A DNA stretch of 64,000 nt from Spirochaetia bacterium (GTDB lineage: Bacteria; Spirochaetota; Spirochaetia; SZUA-6; Bin103), in the NCBI GenBank assembly GCA_965208575.1, contig CBDBOV010000005.1, forward strand, positions 608,001 through 672,000. The letters are read 5' to 3'. The translations under genes were made by a program, and so were the position numbers. The notes beneath the pieces were generated by a model. That model was not told where the DNA came from. It searched no databases and saw only the letters and a program-made list of their open reading frames with translations. Every line of letters begins with the position of its first letter. The first letter of the stretch is position 1. Below, one piece after another: positions 19,703 to 30,995 of this stretch.

Positions 19703-21354
19703 TACCATATGGTGTGAATGACCTTCGAGCAGTTGTCCGTGGTGTCGGACTCGTTGGCGACCGCGTCCACGCATGCGCCGTAGTGGTACGTACCCGTTGC
19801 CGGCGGCGATACTTCGACCCGCCCACCGCGGAAGGTCGGAGCTATTCGCGACTGCGTCTTGGTCAGCGGGCCCACCGCAACGGTGTGAATCTCCGTGTCG
19901 GACGCCGTGAACGTCCGGTCCGTCGACCGGTAGAAGCGGAGCGTGGTCGCCTCTGACGCGCCTCCCACGTTCTCGACATATGCGTGTATCGTGAACGGGG
20001 GTTCGCGAAAGCTTCTCGTAGGCGACCCCCACCCCCCGATTTGCAGGTTCGGCTTGTTGTGCGACACCACCACCTTCACCGGCGCCGAGCAGTTGTTCGT
20101 CGTGTTCGACTCCCCGCGCACCGCGTCCGCGCACATGCGGAAGTAATACGTCCCCAGGGTCGCCGGCACATCCAGGATAGCCCCTGGGTAGGATGTGCCA
20201 TGCGAAGAGAATGGACCCCACCGGTAGCTGTGTACTTCCGTGTCGGACGGGGTGAACGTTGCGTCATCCGAAAGGAAGAAACGAATCACGGTGCGGTCCG
20301 ACAGCCCCCCGTCGTTGCGTAGTATCGCAGACATCTTGAACACCCCTCCGGCGGCCGGAAGGGCAGGGTCGAAGGAGGGCGACGTAATCACCAGGTCCGG
20401 CGCCGACGACTTCCGTAACGTGACCCGCGAGGACGTGGCCGAGCAGTTGTTCGTCGTGTCGGACTCCCCGTCCACCGCGGTCACGCACGCGCCGTAGTAG
20501 TACGTTCCCGGCGACGACGGCGCCACCACGTGGTCCCACACGAGCTTGTCGTCCGCGGGCGCCAGTCCCGACAGTCGTACCGAGAAGACGGCGCTGTCGG
20601 AGGGTGTGATCGTCGAATCCGTCGAAACGTAGAGGCGCGCCGACGTTTCCGCCGCTCCCTTGTCCCCGACGTTGCGCACCCTCGCCGCAACCAGCAGTGC
20701 CTGCCCGGTGACCGCTCTTTCCTCGCTTACCGTAACATATTGCACCACCAGGTCCGGCCCCGGCGCCCCTTGTGTCGGGGCCGGCGGCACCTGCGTCGGC
20801 GTCGACGGCACCTGCGTTGGGGTCGACGCATCGAGCACGATGACCCGTACCGCCGCCGAGCAGTTGTTCGTCGTGTCGGACTTCCCGTCCACCGCGGCTA
20901 TGCACGCGCCGTAGTAGTACGTCCCGGCATCCGCGGGCGCCCGCAGGGTCACCGAGGCGGCGCTCTCGGAGGCCGCCGGTTCCACAATCGTGGCGTCGCC
21001 GACTGCTTCGTCCGCGGGCGTGATCACCGCGTCATGCGACCGGTAGACGCGCAACGTCGTGGTCGCGCCTACCGCACCCGCGCCGCCGATATTGCGCACC
21101 GTGGCCGAGAACGTGAAGCTCGTCCCGGCGGCAGGGCGAGCGTCGGTCACCGAGGGACGTTCCACCACCAGGTCGGGATGGCCGCCGCGGCCGGAGCCCC
21201 CCGCCACCGGACCGCCGCCGCAACCCGCCAGTCCGATGCACAACATCGCGACCAGCGCGCCGAGTGCGGCCGGCTTCCCGCGCGCGGAACGAGCAGACCC
21301 CTCCAATTTCACCGAGCGTGGATCGTCATGCATGCTCATCGGCACCTTCGTCAT
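19702..21354 (-). CDS. CARDB/Ig-like repeat lipoprotein G3 (4 domains)
   Basis: LAGC lipobox; four PDL/PNL...NNCS/DNCS domains; 21-bp PTQVP linker repeats. Confidence 0.85.
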   Translation of the reverse strand: MTKVPMSMHDDPRSVKLEGSARSARGKPAALGALVAMLCIGLAGCGGGPVAGGSGRGGHPDLVVERPSVTDARPAAGTSFTFSATVRNIGGAGAVGATTTLRVYRSHDAVITPADEAVGDATIVEPAASESAASVTLRAPADAGTYYYGACIAAVDGKSDTTNNCSAAVRVIVLDASTPTQVPSTPTQVPPAPTQGAPGPDLVVQYVTVSEERAVTGQALLVAARVRNVGDKGAAETSARLYVSTDSTITPSDSAVFSVRLSGLAPADDKLVWDHVVAPSSPGTYYYGACVTAVDGESDTTNNCSATSSRVTLRKSSAPDLVITSPSFDPALPAAGGVFKMSAILRNDGGLSDRTVIRFFLSDDATFTPSDTEVHSYRWGPFSSHGTSYPGAILDVPATLGTYYFRMCADAVRGESNTTNNCSAPVKVVVSHNKPNLQIGGWGSPTRSFREPPFTIHAYVENVGGASEATTLRFYRSTDRTFTASDTEIHTVAVGPLTKTQSRIAPTFRGGRVEVSPPATGTYHYGACVDAVANESDTTDNCSKVIHTIW

Positions 21355-21449
21355 GGTACAACGAGTTATTGAGGACTTTCAATCACCTCGGCACGAATCG
21401 GAGTCCATATTGTATAGCTTTGCAGGGTAAAAGGTAACTTTCCCGATTG

Positions 21450-21576
21450 CGCGCGGCGCGCCGGGGTCGGCCCAAGGGCGGGATGCGGGAGGAGAGCGAT
21501 GCAGTGTCCGTCCGCTGGGGCGAACCTGGTCCCACGGTCCGGACCGGTTGTCCCCCTATGACGCGGTGAGGGTAGG
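21450..21576 (-). repeat. Short copy of the clpB 3' tail plus downstream intergenic DNA
   Basis: gcgggaggagagcgatg...tcccacggtccggaccggttgtccc..ctatgacgcggtgagggtagg matches about 28100-28224. Confidence 0.85.
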
Positions 21577-21638
21577 TCGTGTCGGACTCCCTTTCCCCCG
21601 CCCGCGTCTCCGCTCCCGGTGTTGCGCACCCGTCGGGG
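21576..21638 (-). pseudogene. Collapsed micro-fragments of a CARDB lipoprotein gene
   Basis: Encodes VRNTGSGDA (DNA matching G1 at about 17903-17931) next to an ESDT fragment. Confidence 0.6.
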
Positions 21639-23327
21639 TTATCTCCGTATGGTGTGGATCACCTTCGAGCAGTTGTCCGAAGTATCGGACTCGTTGGCGA
21701 CCGCGTCCACGCACGCGAAGTAGTAGTGGGTACCCGTTGCCGGCGGCGTTACATCGACTAGCCCACTGTAGAAGGTCGGAGCTGTTCGCGCCTCCGTCTT
21801 GGTCAGCGGGCCCACCGCAACGCTGTGAATCTCCATGTCGGACGCCGTGAACGTCCTGTCCGTCGACCGGTAGAAGCGTAGCGTGGTCGCCCCTGACGGG
21901 CCGCCGCGGTTCTCGACATACGCGTATATCGGGAACGAGGGTCCGTTCCAGTTTTCCACACCCCACGACCCGATTCGCAGGTTCGGCTTGCTGTGCGACA
22001 CTACCACCTTCACCGGCGCCGAGCAGTTGTTCGTCGTGTTCGACTCCCCGCGCACCGCGTCCGCACACATGCGGAAGTAATACGTCCCCAGGGTCGCCGG
22101 CACATCCAGGATATCCGACGGGTAGGACGTGTTATGCGAAGGGAATGGCCCCCACCAGTAGCTGTGTACTTCCGTGTCGGACGGTGTGAACTTTGCGTCA
22201 TCCGAGAGGAAGAAACGAATCACGGTGCCGCGCGACAGCCCCCCGTCGTTGCGTAGTATCGCAGCCATCCCGAACACCCCTCCGGCGGCCGGAAGGGCAG
22301 GGCCGAAGGAGGGCGACGTAATCACCAGGTCCGGCGCCGGCGACTCCCGTACCGCGACCCGCGAGGACGTGGCCGAGCAGTTGTTCGTCGTATCGGACTC
22401 CCCGTCCACCGCGGTCACGCACGCGCCGTAGTAGTACGTTCCCGGCGACGGCGGCGCGACCACGTAGTGCCACACGAGCTTGTCGCGCGCGGGCGCCAGT
22501 CCCGACAGTCGTGCCGAGTAGACGGTGCCGTCGGCGGGGGTGACCGTCGAATCCGTCGAAAGATAAAGGCGCGCCGACGTTTCCGCCGCCGCCTTGTTGC
22601 CAACGTTGCGCACGCTCGCCGTAACCAGCAGTCTTTGCCCGGCGACCACCGTTTCTTCGCTTACCGTAACATATTGCACCACCAGATCCGGCCCCGGCGG
22701 CGCCTGTATCGGGGCCGGCGGCGCCTGTATCGGGGCCGGCGGCTGCTGCGTCGGGGGCGCCGCATCGAGCACGGTGACCCGCACCGCCGCCGAGCAGTGG
22801 TTCCTCGTGTCGGACTCCCCGTCCACCGCGGCTATGCACGCGCCGTAGTAGTACGTCCCGGCATCCGCGGGCGCCCGCACGGTCACCGACGCGGCGCTCT
22901 GCGAGGCCGCCGGTTCCGCGGTCGTGGCGGCGCCGACTTCTTCGTCATCGGGCGTGATCGTCGCATCATCCGACCGGTAGACGCGCAACGTCGTGGCCGG
23001 CGCGCCTGCCGCGCCCGCGCCGTGGTTGTTGTTGCGCACCGTGGCCGAGAACGTGAAGCTCGCCCCGGCGGCAGGGCGGGGGTCGGTCACCGAAGGACGT
23101 TCCACCACCAGGTCCGGATGGCTGTCGCGGCCGGAGCCCCCGGCCACCGGACCGCCGCTGCAACTCGCCAGTCCGATGCACAACACCGCGCCGAGCGCGC
23201 CGAGCGCAACCGGCCTCAAGCCCGCCGAACGAACGGTCGAGTCCAACGTCACCGAGCGTTGATCACCATGCGGCACTCTTGTCAGCATTTCGCCATCGTA
23301 CCGTGGGCATTGAATTCTTGCAATCAC
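21639..23327 (-). CDS. CARDB/Ig-like repeat lipoprotein G4 (4 domains)
   Basis: LASC lipobox; close paralog of G3 and G7; the true start may be the downstream ATG (MLTRVPHG). Confidence 0.85.
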   Translation of the reverse strand: MIARIQCPRYDGEMLTRVPHGDQRSVTLDSTVRSAGLRPVALGALGAVLCIGLASCSGGPVAGGSGRDSHPDLVVERPSVTDPRPAAGASFTFSATVRNNNHGAGAAGAPATTLRVYRSDDATITPDDEEVGAATTAEPAASQSAASVTVRAPADAGTYYYGACIAAVDGESDTRNHCSAAVRVTVLDAAPPTQQPPAPIQAPPAPIQAPPGPDLVVQYVTVSEETVVAGQRLLVTASVRNVGNKAAAETSARLYLSTDSTVTPADGTVYSARLSGLAPARDKLVWHYVVAPPSPGTYYYGACVTAVDGESDTTNNCSATSSRVAVRESPAPDLVITSPSFGPALPAAGGVFGMAAILRNDGGLSRGTVIRFFLSDDAKFTPSDTEVHSYWWGPFPSHNTSYPSDILDVPATLGTYYFRMCADAVRGESNTTNNCSAPVKVVVSHSKPNLRIGSWGVENWNGPSFPIYAYVENRGGPSGATTLRFYRSTDRTFTASDMEIHSVAVGPLTKTEARTAPTFYSGLVDVTPPATGTHYYFACVDAVANESDTSDNCSKVIHTIRR

Positions 23328-23565
23328 TTCTGCACGATTATTGTTTATATATCATATCTTTACTGGATCATGTGTAATATAATTGAATCGGGCGGTGCGC
23401 CGGGATCGGCCCAAGGGCGAGACGCGGGAGGAGAGCGATGGTGTGTTCGTCCGCTGGGCCGCAACCGGTCCCACGGTCTGGACAGGTTGTCCCTATGGCG
23501 CGGTGAGGGTAGGGGCAGGAGCGGTCACGGCAAAGCTCGACGGCCCGCCGGTGGCTGCGTCCGCG
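23320..23565 (-). repeat. Copy of the last ~22 codons of clpB plus the AT-rich promoter region of the A-type gene
   Basis: DAATGGPSSFAVTAPAPTLTAP* versus Clp[23 protein letters not shown]; homologous to 28030-28275. Confidence 0.9.
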
Positions 23566-23583
23566 GGCGTGAAGAGCGGTGAT

Positions 23584-25524
23584 CTAGCGGGGCGTGACGG
23601 ACGGCGAGCAGTTGTCCGTGTCGGACTCCCCGGGCACCACGTCCACGCACGCGCCATAGTATTGCGTCCCAGGAGCCGAAGGGCGCGGCACCTCGACCCC
23701 TCCAATGAAGTAGTCGAAAGCACCAGACCAGCAGCACGTCCACGAGAACTCGGCGGCGCTTATTTCTGTGTCGGAGGTCGTGATCGTCGCATCCGTCGAA
23801 TGGTAGAAGCGCAGCCGCGGCGCCCCCTCGAAATCGGCGCCGTGGTTCAGCACTATCGCATAGATGCTGAACGTCCCGGCGTCTTTTCTTTGCCATATGA
23901 GCCGGAGGACTAGCAGATTCGGCTTGTCGTGCGACACCTTGACCTGCACCGCTTGCGAGCAGTTGTTCGTGGAATCGGCTTCTCCCGCCATCGCGTCCGC
24001 GCATGCGCCGTAGTAGTAGGTCCCACGGCTCGAAGGCGTCTGGAGCGTCAGCTTGGTGCGGCGGCTAACCGAGGGATCGAGTATGCGCGTCGTGTTGGCG
24101 CCCACCTTCGTGTCGGACGTCGTGATCGTAGCATCTTCCGACCGGTAGTAGCTTAATTTCGGTCTCCACACGACACCGCCCCCGACGTTGCGCACGGTCG
24201 CGTACAGGTTGAAACGCCCGCCGATGGCCGGACTGCCGGGGACCACGGAAGGCGAGACCATCTCCAGGTCCGGCGGCACACGCGGCACCGTGATCGACCG
24301 TGCCCGCGAACAGTTGTTCGTCGTGTCGGACTCTCCCGCCACCGCGTCCACGCACGCGCCGTAGTAGTGCGTCCCCGGGTTCGACGGCGCCTGCAGGGTC
24401 GCCGACACGCGGACGAACCCCCATCCAGAAAGCCAGAAATACAGTCTTGGCACCCTGTCGGCGAATACCTCCGTATCGGCTCTCGTGATCGTCGCATCGG
24501 TCGAGTGGTAGAAGCGCACAGTCGTCGCCGCCGATCTCGTACGCCCGTCATTGCGTACACTCATCGTCAACGTGAAAGGCACGCCGGCGGACGGACGGTC
24601 GAGATTCTCGCTGGTCAAGACCTCATGTTCCGTGACCAGATCCGGCCCCTCTCCCCGCGTTGCGGGCTGTGGCGCCGGCGCCGCGGTGCCCTGCACGTCC
24701 GGAACCGTGACCTGGACCGCTGCCGAACAGTTGTTCGCGGTGTGGGATTCTCCCGCCGCTGGCTCCACGCAGGCGCCGTAGTAGTACGTCCCGGCACTCG
24801 CCGGCGCCGTCAGCATCACCGACACGACTTCGCGCGCCGTGGCGGCCAGCTCCCGCACCGTGCCGTCGCCGGCTCTTTCGTCGTCCGTCTCGATCGTGTC
24901 GTCCTCCGACAGGTAGACGAGCAGCGTCGTCGCAGACGCGTTCCCGCCGCCGGCGTTGTGCACGGTGGCCGACAACGTGAAGGTCGCCCCGGCAGCCGGG
25001 GTGTCGGCGCTCAACGCAGGAGATTCCACCACCAAGTCCGGCAACGGCGAGGCCGGTGAGGTATCCCGCGCATCCGGGACGGTTACCTGGACCGCTGCCG
25101 AACAGTTGTTCGCGGTCTCGGATTCTCCGCCCGCCGCATCGACGCATGCGCCGTAGTGGTACGTGCCGGGACTCGTCGGCGCCGGCACCTTCGCCGCCGC
25201 GACCATGCTCTCCGAGGCCGCCAGGGCCTCCACCGTGGCGGCGCCCACCTGCTCGTCGGCGGGCGTGATCGTCCCGTCATCCGAACGGTAGACGCGCAGC
25301 GTGGTGGCTGCTGCTGCCCCTCTCCCGGCGTTGTGCACGGTGGCCGAGAACGTGAAGGTCGCCCCGGCGGCCGGGCGGTCATCGCTCACCAAAGGAGATT
25401 CCACCACCAGGTCCGGCTGGCCGACCCCCGGACCGCCGCGGCAACTCGCCAGTGCAATGCATGCCAGCGCAACGGACGCGCTGAGCGCGACCCGCGATCG
25501 ACTCGGAGCGGTGAACGGCGGCAT
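23584..25524 (-). CDS. CARDB/Ig-like repeat lipoprotein G5 (5 domains)
   Basis: MPPFTAPSRS...LASC leader nearly identical to G2; TGATG coupling to G6. Confidence 0.85.
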   Translation of the reverse strand: MPPFTAPSRSRVALSASVALACIALASCRGGPGVGQPDLVVESPLVSDDRPAAGATFTFSATVHNAGRGAAAATTLRVYRSDDGTITPADEQVGAATVEALAASESMVAAAKVPAPTSPGTYHYGACVDAAGGESETANNCSAAVQVTVPDARDTSPASPLPDLVVESPALSADTPAAGATFTLSATVHNAGGGNASATTLLVYLSEDDTIETDDERAGDGTVRELAATAREVVSVMLTAPASAGTYYYGACVEPAAGESHTANNCSAAVQVTVPDVQGTAAPAPQPATRGEGPDLVTEHEVLTSENLDRPSAGVPFTLTMSVRNDGRTRSAATTVRFYHSTDATITRADTEVFADRVPRLYFWLSGWGFVRVSATLQAPSNPGTHYYGACVDAVAGESDTTNNCSRARSITVPRVPPDLEMVSPSVVPGSPAIGGRFNLYATVRNVGGGVVWRPKLSYYRSEDATITTSDTKVGANTTRILDPSVSRRTKLTLQTPSSRGTYYYGACADAMAGEADSTNNCSQAVQVKVSHDKPNLLVLRLIWQRKDAGTFSIYAIVLNHGADFEGAPRLRFYHSTDATITTSDTEISAAEFSWTCCWSGAFDYFIGGVEVPRPSAPGTQYYGACVDVVPGESDTDNCSPSVTPR

Positions 25525-26159
25525 CACCATATGGTGTGGATGACCTTCGAGCAGTTGTCCGTGGTGTCGGACTCGTTGGCGACCGCGTCGACGCATGCGC
25601 CGTAGTAGTACGTACCGGTTGACGGCGGTGTCAGGTCGACCAGCGAACCGAAGAACACCGGTGGCGTGCGCGGTACCGTCTTGGCCAGCGGGCCCACCGC
25701 AACGGTGTGAATTACCGTGTCGGACGCCGTGAACGTCTTGTCCGTCGACCGGTAGTAGCGTAGCGTGGTTGCTGTGGAGGCGCCTCCGATGTTCCGCACC
25801 GTTGCAGCGATCGCTAACCCGGGTCTGGTCCGCCGCCGCGAATCCCCAATTTGCAGGTTCGGCTTGGCGTGGGACACCATGACCTTTACCGGCGCCGAGC
25901 AGTTGTTCGTCGTGTTCGACTCCCCGCGCACCGCGTCCGCGCACATGCGGAAGTAATACGTCCCCAGGGTCGCCGGCACATCCAGGATAGCCGACGGGTA
26001 GGATGTGCCATGCGAATAGAATCGACCCCACCGGCCGCCGCAACCCGTCAGTCCGATGCACAACATCGCGACGAGCGCGCCGAGTGCGGCCGGCTTCCAG
26101 CGCGCGGCACGAGCGGCTCCCTCCAATTTCACCGAGCGTGGATCGTCATGCATGCGCAT
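25524..26159 (-). CDS. Internally deleted CARDB lipoprotein G6 (signal fused in frame to the last ~1.4 domains)
   Basis: LTGCGG joined directly to RWGRFYSHGTSYP; about 330 aa missing relative to G3. Confidence 0.75.
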   Translation of the reverse strand: MRMHDDPRSVKLEGAARAARWKPAALGALVAMLCIGLTGCGGRWGRFYSHGTSYPSAILDVPATLGTYYFRMCADAVRGESNTTNNCSAPVKVMVSHAKPNLQIGDSRRRTRPGLAIAATVRNIGGASTATTLRYYRSTDKTFTASDTVIHTVAVGPLAKTVPRTPPVFFGSLVDLTPPSTGTYYYGACVDAVANESDTTDNCSKVIHTIW

Positions 26160-26259
26160 CGTAACCCTGGTGATGGTACGACGAGTTACAGCGTACTCTC
26201 AATAACCTCGGCAAACTGATGGTCGACATTGCATAACTGAGCGGGGTAACCGGTAACTT

Positions 26260-26324
26260 TCTAGACTGCAATGCATGCCAGCGCGACCGGCGATCGACTC
26301 GGAGAGGGTGGACGGCGTCGGCGT
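26260..26324 (-). pseudogene. Relic of a G2/G5-type leader
   Basis: ACG in place of ATG after the G7 stop, then degenerate ccgagtcgatcgc...gtcgcgctggcatgcattgcagtctag (VALACIAV*). Confidence 0.6.
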
Positions 26325-28039
26325 CAATTCCGTATGGTGAGAATGACCATCGAGCAGTTGTCCGTGGTATCGGACTCGTTGGCGACCGCGTCCACGCACG
26401 CGCCGTAGTAGTACGTACCGGTTGACGGCGGTGTCACGCTGAACAGCGAACTGTAGAAACTCGGAGGTGTGCGCGGTTCCGTCTTGGCCAGCGGGGCCAC
26501 CGCAACGGTGTGGATTTGCGTGTCGGACACCGTGAATGTCTCGTCCGTCGACCGGTAGAAGCGTAGCGTGGTCGCTGTGGAGGCGCCTCCGAGGTTCCGC
26601 ACCCATGCACCTATCCAGAACCCGCTTCCCGTCCGCCGATGCCCTCTCACAATTTGCAGGTTCGGCTTGGAATGCGACACCACGATCTTGACCGGCGCCG
26701 AGCAGTTGTTCGTCGTGTTCGACTCCCCGGGCACCGCGTCCACGCACAGGCGGTAGTAGTGCGTCCCCATGGTCGTCGGCACATCAAGGGCTGCCGATGG
26801 TTCGAGTGTTTGAAGCGAAGGAAATGGACCCCATCGGTAGTTGTGTACTTCCGGGTCGGATGGGGTGAACGTCGCGTCATCCGAACGGTAGAAACGAAAC
26901 ACGGTGCGGTCCGCCAGGTTCCCGTCGTTGCGTAGTATCGCTGCCATCGCGAACACCCCTCCGGCGCCCGGGTTGCTGGTGGGATGCACGGAGGGCGACG
27001 TAATCACCAAGTCCGGCGCCGGTGCCTGCCGTACCACGAGCCCCTCCGATGTTGTGGCGCAGTTGTTCGTCGTGTTGGACTCCCCGTCCACCGCGGTCAC
27101 GCACGCGCCGTAGTAGTACGTGCCGGGCGTCGACGGCGCCACCACGTACTCCCACACGAGCTTGCCGTCCGAGGGCGCGAGTTCCGACAGGTGCTCCCAG
27201 TGCACGACGTCGTCGGACGGCGTGACCGTTGAACCGGTCGAAAGACGGAAGATCACGGTCGTCTTCGCCGCCCCCTCGTCCCCCACGTTGCGCACCCTCG
27301 CCGCGATCAGCAGTCGTTGCCCGGTGACCGAACTCAGTTCGCTTACCGTAGTGTTCTCCACCTTCAGATCCGGCCCCGGCGGCGCCTGCGTCGGCCCCGG
27401 CGGCACCTGCGTCGGCCCCGGCAGCACCTGCGTCGGCCCCGGCAGCACCTGCGTCGGCCCCGGCGGCACCTGTGTCGGGGTCGACACACCCAGCACGGTG
27501 ACCCGCACCGCCGCCGAGCAGCTGTTCGCCGTGTTGGACTTCCCGTCCACCGCGGTCACGCACGCGCCGTAGTGGTACGTCCCGGAGTCCGCTGGCGCCC
27601 GCAGGGTCACTGACACAACGCTCTTCGAGGTCCCCGGTTCGGCAGTCGTGGCGGTGCCGACTTCTTCGTCCTCGGGCGTGATCGTCGCATCATCCGACCG
27701 GTAGACGCGCAGCGTCGCGCCGGTGGTATCCGCGCCGCCGATGTTGCGCACCGTAGCCGAGAACGTGAAGCTCGCCCCGGCAGCGGGGTGGGGGTCGGTC
27801 ACCGAAGGACGTTCCACCACGAGGTCCGGATGGTCGCCGCGGCCGGAGCCCCCGGCCACCGGACCGCCGCTGCAACTCGCCAGTCCGATGCACAACATCG
27901 CGACCAGCGCACCGAGCGCGACCGGCTTCAAGCCTGCGGAACGAACGGTCGAGTCCAACGTCACCGAGCGTGGATCGCCATGCAGTATTCTCATCAGCAT
28001 TTCGCCATCGTACCGTGAGCATTGAATCTTTTCAATCAC
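26324..28039 (-). CDS. CARDB/Ig-like repeat lipoprotein G7 (4 domains)
   Basis: LASC lipobox; paralog of G4; five 21-bp PTQV(L/P)PG repeats. Confidence 0.85.
   Translation of the reverse strand: MIEKIQCSRYDGEMLMRILHGDPRSVTLDSTVRSAGLKPVALGALVAMLCIGLASCSGGPVAGGSGRGDHPDLVVERPSVTDPHPAAGASFTFSATVRNIGGADTTGATLRVYRSDDATITPEDEEVGTATTAEPGTSKSVVSVTLRAPADSGTYHYGACVTAVDGKSNTANSCSAAVRVTVLGVSTPTQVPPGPTQVLPGPTQVLPGPTQVPPGPTQAPPGPDLKVENTTVSELSSVTGQRLLIAARVRNVGDEGAAKTTVIFRLSTGSTVTPSDDVVHWEHLSELAPSDGKLVWEYVVAPSTPGTYYYGACVTAVDGESNTTNNCATTSEGLVVRQAPAPDLVITSPSVHPTSNPGAGGVFAMAAILRNDGNLADRTVFRFYRSDDATFTPSDPEVHNYRWGPFPSLQTLEPSAALDVPTTMGTHYYRLCVDAVPGESNTTNNCSAPVKIVVSHSKPNLQIVRGHRRTGSGFWIGAWVRNLGGASTATTLRFYRSTDETFTVSDTQIHTVAVAPLAKTEPRTPPSFYSSLFSVTPPSTGTYYYGACVDAVANESDTTDNCSMVILTIRN
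27372..27480. repeat. 21-bp coding tandem repeat, about 5 copies
   Basis: ggcagcacctgcgtcggcccc repeated. Confidence 0.9.
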
Positions 28040-28203
28040 TCATGCGCGTTTATCATTTATATAGCATAGCTTTACTGGACCACGTGTAACAAATTGAATC
28101 GGACGGAGCGCCAGGATCGGCCCACGGCGGGATGCGGGAGGAGAGCGATGGTGTGTCCGTCCGCTGGGCCGCAAACCTGTCCCACGGTCCGGACCGGTTG
28201 TCC

Positions 28204-30846
<2,643 letters not shown>

Positions 30847-30995
30847 CTTCAGCTCCCTTAATGGTGAAGATACGAGCCGCCAACCCCTCGGGCAAAGGCC
30901 GGCATCCGGCAGCGGCGGCGGCCCGGCGCGGGGCAAGAGTGTGCTCTTACGTCACCGTCCAGCGGCGCGCCGCCGTGCGCAAGATGTGTGCCCGC

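Noticed and set aside
18131-26061. ORF-track N-terminal extensions of G2 (to 20221) and G5 (to 26061)
   Set aside because: They overlap the upstream paralog in another frame; real starts are coupled to the upstream stop codons and followed by signal peptides
30850-30995. CIRCE element upstream of clpB
   Set aside because: Only a short aagag..ctctt IR; does not match TTAGCACTC-N9-GAGTGCTAA
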